From Candidatus Krumholzibacteriota bacterium (GTDB lineage Bacteria > Krumholzibacteriota > Krumholzibacteriia > LZORAL124-64-63): DNA of 14,790 nucleotides. The position numbers and the translations under genes were made by a program. Of the stretch, positions 9,542 to 14,533 are shown piece by piece. The stretch lies in the NCBI GenBank assembly GCA_039714075.1, contig JBDLKA010000087.1:1-14790 (forward strand), given 5' to 3'. The notes beneath the pieces were generated by a model. The model was given only the letters and a program-made list of their open reading frames with translations, was not told where the DNA came from and ran no database searches. How positions within the stretch are numbered: the stretch's first letter is position 1; each line of letters opens with the position of its first letter.

Positions 9542-10498
9542 ATGTCGCAGTTGCTGGAAGAAGTCAGCCGGGCCACCGAAGCCAAGCACTACAGTCCCAA
9601 GACCAACCAGGCCTACACGAGGTGGATCCGCCGGTTCATCATCTACCACCGCAAGCGACACCCGAAGGACCTGGGCGGTCCGGAAGTGTCGTCGTTCCTG
9701 TCCTACCTGGCGACGGACCGCAAGGTGTCCGGGTCCACCCAGGGCCAGGCGTTGAGCGCGATTCTGTTCCTCTACAAGGAAGTCCTGGGCATCGAGTTGC
9801 CGTGGATGGACGATATCGTGCGCGCCAAGAAAACGACCCATGTGCCGACCGTGATGACCGTGCGCGAAGTGGAACTGGTCATGGACCGGCTGCAGGGCGT
9901 GACCTGGCTGGTGGCGTCGTTGCTTTACGGGGCGGGATTGCGGCTGATCGAAGGGCTGCGGCTGCGGGTCCAGGACCTGGATTTCGACCGGTCCGAGATC
10001 ACGGTGCGCCTGGGTAAGGGAGGGAAGGACCGCCGCACGATGTTGCCCAAGCGGGTCCGGGTCCACCTGATGAACCATCTGGAAACCACACGGCGACAGC
10101 ACCAGGCGGACCTGAAGACCGGAGCCGGATACGTTGCAGTGCCCGGGGCCCTGATCAGGAAGTATCCCAACGCCAACCGCGAATGGCCGTGGCAATGGGT
10201 TTTTCCGGCAACCCGGCGGTACCGTGACCCGGATACGGGAGAACAGCGACGGCACCACCTGCACGAGTCGGTCATTCAGCGAGCGGTGAAGTCGGCGGCC
10301 CGGGAAGCCAGTATCACCAAGCGGGTTTCACCCCATATCCTGAGACATTCGTTCGCCACGCACCTGCTGGAAGCCGGGTACGATATAAGGACCATTCAGG
10401 AACTGTTGGGGCACTCGGACCTGTCCACGACGATGATGTATACGCACGTGCTGAACAAGGGAGGAAGGGGTGTGAAGAGTCCGCTGGATGAGCTGTGA
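9542..10498 (+). CDS. intI: Integron integrase (tyrosine recombinase with the IntI-specific insertion)
   Basis: Catalytic motifs [29 protein letters not shown] and MYTHV; IntI patch [23 protein letters not shown]...RRHH; N-terminal [14 protein letters not shown]. The frame is intact (318 aa from ATG 9542). Confidence 0.97.
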   Translation: MSQLLEEVSRATEAKHYSPKTNQAYTRWIRRFIIYHRKRHPKDLGGPEVSSFLSYLATDRKVSGSTQGQALSAILFLYKEVLGIELPWMDDIVRAKKTTHVPTVMTVREVELVMDRLQGVTWLVASLLYGAGLRLIEGLRLRVQDLDFDRSEITVRLGKGGKDRRTMLPKRVRVHLMNHLETTRRQHQADLKTGAGYVAVPGALIRKYPNANREWPWQWVFPATRRYRDPDTGEQRRHHLHESVIQRAVKSAAREASITKRVSPHILRHSFATHLLEAGYDIRTIQELLGHSDLSTTMMYTHVLNKGGRGVKSPLDEL

Positions 10499-10620
10499 AT
10501 GGTTGTTTCGCCAAAAATAGCTGGTCGTGCTTCTGAAATTGGGTCTGGTCGGTGGTTTCGTCGCCGGAACCCCATGGGAAGTGTCCCCAAGGATACTATT
10601 TGCTGTGATATCCCATATCC

Positions 10621-10649
10621 TTGTAAAAAGATTGATAAATTGATATCAT
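10621..10649 (+). promoter_or_regulatory. Candidate cassette promoter Pc
   Basis: TTGTAA (10621-10626), 17 nt spacer, TATCAT (10644-10649) with a TGn extension (10641-10643); about 125 nt upstream of attI and facing the array. Confidence 0.6.
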
Positions 10650-10714
10650 CACAAAGAGGTTGGATATACAGCGGGTTGACACTTTTTGACCGCCACGTAA
10701 ACGGAGGTGGTCGA

Positions 10715-10750
10715 ATGGATATCGGAAAATTGTACGAGAAATCGGTCTGA
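10715..10750 (+). CDS. Putative 11-aa leader mini-ORF MDIGKLYEKSV
   Basis: Perfect SD GGAGGT (10703-10708), 6 nt before ATG 10715; TGA at 10748-10750; lies between the Pc candidate and attI. Confidence 0.35.
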   Translation: MDIGKLYEKSV

Positions 10751-10753
10751 TAT

Positions 10754-10780
10754 CCTAGACCTGCATATTTCACGTTAGAC
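10754..10780 (+). other. attI: attI recombination site (crossover G/TTAGAC at 10774/10775)
   Basis: GTTAGACTA (10774-10782) is the exact reverse complement of TAGTCTAAC that opens attC1 (11124-11132). No attC hairpin lies upstream of it, so this is the first core site of the array. The left boundary is approximate. Confidence 0.8.
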
Positions 10781-10801
10781 TAATGAAGGAAGGTATTTGC
10801 G

Positions 10802-11104
10802 GTGCCTATAAGCAAGTCCAGATCTTGTCCAAATTGCGGGGAACCAGTTAGCTGGGTACGGCTCTGGCTTGGATGCTGGCTTTGGGCCACTTGGAATTGC
10901 CAGAATTGCGGATCAAAACTTGGTTTCAGCTTCAAGAGGCGGTCTGCGGTTGCTCTGGTGTCTTCTCCGTTTATTGGTTTCGGTCTGATATCAATTTTCG
11001 AGGGGGATTATTGGGTGGCCTTTGTATGCTTTCCGATCTGGGTGTGGATATGGACCTACGATTCCGTAGAATGTCGGAGTGTTCCGGCCGAAGCATCGAA
11101 TTGA
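10802..11104 (+). CDS. Cassette 1: small CxxC-x20-CxxC (putative zinc ribbon) protein with two C-terminal TM helices
   Basis: CPNC, 20 residues, CQNC, then a hydrophobic Trp-rich segment; GTG start after GAAGGAAGGT; fills cassette 10775-11218. Confidence 0.75.
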   Translation: MPISKSRSCPNCGEPVSWVRLWLGCWLWATWNCQNCGSKLGFSFKRRSAVALVSSPFIGFGLISIFEGDYWVAFVCFPIWVWIWTYDSVECRSVPAEASN

Positions 11105-11125
11105 AAGACCAGGTGGAACGTCATA

Positions 11126-11224
11126 GTCTAACAGGAGCTTCCACCTGACAAACGAGATTTGGCATGCGCTTGGCGTGCGCCAAGCGCACGCCAAATACGT
11201 TTGCAGGTGAACCCAACGTTATAT
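11126..11224 (+). repeat. attC: attC site 1 (99 bp)
   Basis: GTCTAAC...TTCCACCTGACAAA...TTTGCAGGTGAA-CCCAAC-GTTATAT; imperfect palindrome with two unpaired bases. Confidence 0.95.
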
Positions 11225-11380
11225 AGCAAAGAAAATTTATGGCCTTGATTCGACGAACCTCCCTTCCGGGGTCGGAATTTGAATACGTAGTTTTGTGGAT
11301 CTATTGCCACCCGATGAAAAAGAAGGTTCATTGGGTGGGTCAACCATATTCTTATGGAGTTTGGCTTTAAGGGGGAAAAC

Positions 11381-11821
11381 ATGTGTAGGTTTTTTCGATT
11401 AATTTTGGTTGTCATAATTGTTTTTTTTGCATCATCGGCAGCTGCAGAACGAAAGAATCCGGATCTTCCTTACGGTGGTTTTGCTGTAGACTTGGAATTT
11501 GGAAGGAGCCTTACAACTGGTCCATATTTGTCTGAAATTCCAGATTTGGAACTTGGGGCGACCACCGCAAATGATATTGCATATTGGGGACATGTTCCGA
11601 AATCGGAAATTACAACTCTCGCCAATGCAAAGGTACTGGTTGGATTAAGTTCTAGGTTCACATTGAAATTTGGAATTAATTCTATTTGGACCGATGTGGA
11701 ATCATTGCATTACTATCATCCTCATCAGGGTGAATCAACAAGTCGGATCAAGACTGAACTAAGTAAGGCAATTATCGGGGAGATTGGACTTAGGATATAT
11801 TTTGGAGGGAGCGAAGACTGA
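11381..11821 (+). CDS. Cassette 2: exported hypothetical protein, possible small outer-membrane beta-barrel
   Basis: ATG 11381 after AAGGGGG; signal peptide ending SSAAA; alternating amphipathic strands (FAVDLEFG, AKVLVGL, FTLKFGI, GEIGLRIYF near the C-terminus). Confidence 0.7.
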   Translation: MCRFFRLILVVIIVFFASSAAAERKNPDLPYGGFAVDLEFGRSLTTGPYLSEIPDLELGATTANDIAYWGHVPKSEITTLANAKVLVGLSSRFTLKFGINSIWTDVESLHYYHPHQGESTSRIKTELSKAIIGEIGLRIYFGGSED

Positions 11822-11894
11822 ATTGGAAATCTGGAAATTCGAATGGCTGAAGGGCCCAATTGGATCTACCGGACATCGGGCTCGGCGCGTTGCC

Positions 11895-11992
11895 ATATAA
11901 CAAGAGCTTCCACCTGACAAAGCCGCTTGTCACGCACCTGGCTTGCGCCAGGTCCGCGCCAAACGACTTTGCAGGTGAACCCAACGTTATGT
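11895..11992 (+). repeat. attC: attC site 2 (98 bp)
   Basis: ATATAAC...TTCCACCTGACAAA...TTTGCAGGTGAACCCAAC-GTTATGT; ATATAAC complements the GTTATAT that starts this cassette. Confidence 0.95.
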
Positions 11993-12038
11993 GGATATGG
12001 GCTGAGGGTGCGAGTCCGGAGAAGTTATGAGGAATGGG

Positions 12039-12512
12039 ATGTCCAAATTTTTTGGCCAATTTAAAAACTTCCTGGCTTTAATAGTGGTGCTATTTGTGTT
12101 TGGGGCCTCGCCAACTTCAATAGCCCAGGTTTCGGAAAGCGAGACAAAAACCGGAAGTAGAGTTCCAGTCAAAATCGAAGTCGAATCAGACCATTTCGAA
12201 CTTTTTTCAATTTCACCCATTCAAAAATGGAGTCCAACTGGAACTGAGGAAACTGAACAATGCATTTGGGTCTACAGCGATACCGCGCCCAATCCTTATT
12301 CTCATTTTATTTTTGTTCTTGTCGCGGAGTGCGCCTCCGGTTTTTCCTTTGAATTTCGTGACACAACTGCGGCGGTACTTCATTCCTTTGACGTTTCTGA
12401 GGTAGCAGCAGGGTGGTATGGTGTAACGGGCCGAAGGCCATTTCCCAAATCTGTAGGGAAGTGGCAGGTTGTATCCTCGGGTAAAGTTGTTGAGAAGTGG
12501 GTTCGTCCTTAA
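12039..12512 (+). CDS. Cassette 3: exported hypothetical protein
   Basis: ATG 12039 after GAGGA (alternative ATG at 12027); signal-peptide-like N-terminus ending TSIA-Q; fills cassette 11987-12625. Confidence 0.75.
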   Translation: MSKFFGQFKNFLALIVVLFVFGASPTSIAQVSESETKTGSRVPVKIEVESDHFELFSISPIQKWSPTGTEETEQCIWVYSDTAPNPYSHFIFVLVAECASGFSFEFRDTTAAVLHSFDVSEVAAGWYGVTGRRPFPKSVGKWQVVSSGKVVEKWVRP

Positions 12513-12533
12513 ATGGAGAAAATTGGTGGGCCC

Positions 12534-12631
12534 ACATAACAGGAGCTTCCACCTGACAAACGCGTTCGGCACGCGTTTGGCGAGCGCCAAACGCCCGCCA
12601 AACACGTTTGCAGGTGAACCCAACGTTATGC
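12534..12631 (+). repeat. attC: attC site 3 (98 bp)
   Basis: ACATAAC...TTCCACCTGACAAA...TTTGCAGGTGAACCCAAC-GTTATGC. Confidence 0.95.
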
Positions 12632-12638
12632 TGGCGGG

Positions 12639-12667
12639 TTGACATGTATAATAGAACCCATTATAAT
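12639..12667 (+). promoter_or_regulatory. Consensus sigma70 promoter of the higBA cassette with a putative operator palindrome
   Basis: TTGACA (12639-12644), 17 nt spacer, TATAAT (12662-12667); inverted repeat TATAAT-N7-ATTATA (12647-12665). Confidence 0.85.
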
Positions 12668-12674
12668 ATGACCC

Positions 12675-12968
12675 ATGATACAGTCTTTTAAGGACAAAGG
12701 CACAGAAGACGTTTTCGACGGCACGGATTCGCGTGGCGCCCGAAAACGCTGTCCCCAATCATTGTGGGCGGTCGCTCGGCGAAAGCTCGACCAAATCAAC
12801 CGCGTTCGAGAGGTAGTGGAGCTCAAAATTCCACCGGGAAATCGTTTAGAGCGCCTGCGTGGGAATCGAAGAAATCAATACAGCATCCGGATCAACCAGC
12901 AATTCCGGATCTGTTTCCAATGGGAGGAAGGCCATGCCTTCGAGGTCGAAATCACAGATTACCACTAG
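12675..12968 (+). CDS. higB: Cassette 4: HigB toxin (RelE/ParE superfamily, plasmid maintenance killer type)
   Basis: MIQSFKDKGTE..F, RRKLDQI, PPGNRLERLRGNR..QYSIRINQQFRICFQW and a VEITDYH C-terminus. Confidence 0.93.
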   Translation: MIQSFKDKGTEDVFDGTDSRGARKRCPQSLWAVARRKLDQINRVREVVELKIPPGNRLERLRGNRRNQYSIRINQQFRICFQWEEGHAFEVEITDYH

Positions 12969-13287
12969 CCGGAATGTTGCCCGGCGGCTTCCGAAAAACC
13001 GTCCGCCGACTCACCCCGGCGAGATGTTGCTCGAAGAGTTTCTGAAGCCGCTTGGGTTGACCCAGACCGCTTTTGCTCTTCGACTGGGTGTTTCATATCC
13101 GCGTTTAAACGAAATTGTAAAAGGGCGTCGTTCAGTGACCCCGGATACGGCCTTACGGTTGGCCCGGGTCCTGGGGATGTCGGCTGATTTTTGGCTTGGG
13201 TTGCAGCAGGACTGGGATCTTTGGCATGCAATGACTAGTCCTGGTGCGAATGAAATTTCTAAGCTCAAGCCAATACCTAAAAATTGA
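12934..13287 (+). CDS. higA: Cassette 4: HigA addiction-module antitoxin (XRE HTH)
   Basis: PPTHPGEMLLEEFLKPLGLTQ, RLNEIVKGRRSVTPDTALRLAR and FWLGLQQDWDL motifs. The in-frame ATG at 12934 is preceded by GGAGG (12923-12927). Confidence 0.92.
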   Translation: MPSRSKSQITTSRNVARRLPKNRPPTHPGEMLLEEFLKPLGLTQTAFALRLGVSYPRLNEIVKGRRSVTPDTALRLARVLGMSADFWLGLQQDWDLWHAMTSPGANEISKLKPIPKN

Positions 13288-13296
13288 ATAAGGGGA

Positions 13297-13394
13297 GCAT
13301 AACAGGAGCTTCCACCAGACAAAGCCGCTTGTCACGCACCGTGCTGGCGCACGGTCCGCGCCAACCGACTTTGCAGGTGAACCCAACGTTAGAA
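13297..13394 (+). repeat. attC: attC site 4 (98 bp)
   Basis: GCATAAC...TTCCACCAGACAAA...TTTGCAGGTGAACCCAAC-GTTAGAA; interior closely similar to attC2. Confidence 0.95.
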
Positions 13395-13486
13395 GGAAAA
13401 GGAACATTTTAGGAGCTGGTGGGACGGCCCCAATACCCGGACCGTGGTCGGGGTGGTTTTTGGGGCCAAAAAAGCCAAAAATATGC

Positions 13487-13514
13487 TTGTTTTGGTATAT
13501 TTTTTGTATATAAT
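13487..13514 (+). promoter_or_regulatory. Candidate promoter of the brnTA cassette
   Basis: TTGTTT (13487-13492), 16 nt spacer, TATAAT (13509-13514), in a very AT-rich tract about 30 nt upstream of the toxin start. Confidence 0.55.
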
Positions 13515-13543
13515 ATATATCATAAACCCAAAAGGGGGTGCGT

Positions 13544-13804
13544 TTGCAATTCGAATTTGACCAAGAAAAAAGCCAGACCAATCAAGAGAAGCACGGCATA
13601 GACTTCATTGAGGCCCAGTTGCTGTGGCTTGACGATATGCTGCTTGAAATCCCGGCGCGCACGACGGATGAGCCGCGATTTCTGATCATCGGAAAAATCG
13701 GCAACAAACATTGGTCGGCTGTGGTCACATATCGCCAGGACCGAGTCAGGATCATTTCGGTCAGGCGATCGCGCAAAGAGGAGGTTGAGATCTATGAAGG
13801 CTAG
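13544..13804 (+). CDS. brnT: Cassette 5: BrnT-family ribonuclease toxin
   Basis: MQFEFDQEKSQTNQEKHGIDF, EPRFLIIG and RVRIISVRRSRKEE..Y motifs. TTG 13544 follows a GGGGG SD; GTG 13538 is an alternative start. Confidence 0.92.
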   Translation: MQFEFDQEKSQTNQEKHGIDFIEAQLLWLDDMLLEIPARTTDEPRFLIIGKIGNKHWSAVVTYRQDRVRIISVRRSRKEEVEIYEG

Positions 13805-14021
13805 TGACTTTGATAAAAAATTCGATAGTGGTGAAGACATCACTTCGGAATTGGATATTTCGAAGGCCCGCAGGCTTAATCAAGAACCCAAGCGTATCAA
13901 CGTGGACTTTCCGACTTGGATGATCGAGTCACTTGACCGGGAGGCCAAGCGGCTGGGTGTTACCCGCCAATCAATCATCAAAGTTTGGATTGCCGAAATG
14001 CTTGAGCGGAAGGTTTCTTGA
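13794..14021 (+). CDS. brnA: Cassette 5: BrnA/CopG-like ribbon-helix-helix antitoxin
   Basis: MKASDFDKKFDSGEDI...KRINVDFPTWMIESLDREAKRLGVTRQSIIKVWIAE; ATG 13794 after GAGGAGGT; overlaps the toxin by 11 nt. Confidence 0.85.
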   Translation: MKASDFDKKFDSGEDITSELDISKARRLNQEPKRINVDFPTWMIESLDREAKRLGVTRQSIIKVWIAEMLERKVS

Positions 14022-14066
14022 CCAAGCTGAAGGGCTGCGGTGGAGTTTTCTTGTTGGCTCGTTTCC

Positions 14067-14164
14067 TTCTAACTGAAGCTTGCACCTGACAAACGCGTTC
14101 GGCACGCGTTTGGCGAGCGCCAAACGCCCGCCAAACACGTTTGCAGGTGAACCCAACGTTAGGC
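14067..14164 (+). repeat. attC: attC site 5 (98 bp)
   Basis: TTCTAAC...TTGCACCTGACAAA...TTTGCAGGTGAACCCAAC-GTTAGGC; identical to attC3 from CACCTGAC through CCCAACGTTA. Confidence 0.95.
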
Positions 14165-14213
14165 AGTCAGGGGAATAGCTAACCGATTTGGCTCAAGTTT
14201 TTGGTTATTTGTG

Positions 14214-14252
14214 TCGACATACTAAAAAGGGTATAGTATAATATTAGTATGT
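14214..14252 (+). promoter_or_regulatory. Sigma70 promoter and putative operator of the cassette 6 TA module
   Basis: TCGACA (14214-14219), 17 nt spacer, TATAAT (14237-14242); inverted repeat ACATACTAA (14217-14225) / TTAGTATGT (14244-14252). Confidence 0.75.
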
Positions 14253-14530
14253 GGGAAATCTACGAACATCGCCGTGTAGCGAAAGCCATCTCTGGGATTC
14301 CCTTGCAGGTCCTCAAGAGGTATGAGAAATGGAAGGATATCGTAAGGGTTTCGGGTCCGCAGGGATTGCGGGCAATTAAGGGTTTTCGCGATGAGGCGCT
14401 GCGTGGAGAGTGGAAGGGGCACAGATCCTCTCGTCTTGGCCAACAATATCGTGTGATCTATCAGGTTGAGGCCCAAGAAATTGTAGTGTACGTCATGGAG
14501 CTAACAGCCCATGACTACCGAAGGAAGTAG
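14249..14530 (+). CDS. Cassette 6: RelE/StbE/YoeB-like mRNA interferase toxin
   Basis: 93 aa and basic; DEALRGEWKGHRSSRLGQQYRVIY and a C-terminal HDYRRK; upstream of an HTH gene. Confidence 0.85.
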   Translation: MWEIYEHRRVAKAISGIPLQVLKRYEKWKDIVRVSGPQGLRAIKGFRDEALRGEWKGHRSSRLGQQYRVIYQVEAQEIVVYVMELTAHDYRRK

Positions 14531-14533
14531 ATC

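Noticed and set aside
531..10264. Long alternative-frame ORFs (531-1769, 4469-5506, 5617-7203, 7811-9274, 8281-9246, 9341-10264)
   Set aside because: They are shadow ORFs expected in high-GC coding DNA, overlap genes with clear family motifs, and show no recognisable domains.
10676..10703. TTGACA followed by TAAACG as the cassette promoter
   Set aside because: The spacer is 16 nt and the -10 lacks the conserved final T. The 10621-10649 candidate fits better, although a weak second promoter cannot be excluded.
10499..10750. 83-aa ORF directly after intI
   Set aside because: No family resemblance, and it spans the promoter/attI platform. Only its last 11 codons have an SD-supported start.
12974..13000. 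Out-of-frame ATG after the higB stop plus an A5 run, suggesting frameshift-dependent higA expression
   Set aside because: An in-frame ATG with a strong SD exists at 12934, and the A run is not a canonical slippery heptamer.
10991..14156. Minus-strand ORFs sharing peptides such as LGSPANVFGGRLALAKRVPNAFVRWKLLL, suggesting a repeat-protein family
   Set aside because: The shared peptide is simply the translation of the attC bottom strand, and these ORFs lie antisense to well-supported cassette genes.
11126..14164. Regularly recurring repeats read as a CRISPR array or REP/MITE elements
   Set aside because: The repeats are about 98 bp with RYYYAAC-like and GTTRRRY-like ends, are separated by gene-bearing units several hundred bp long, and lie next to intI. 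No cas genes are present. They are attC sites.
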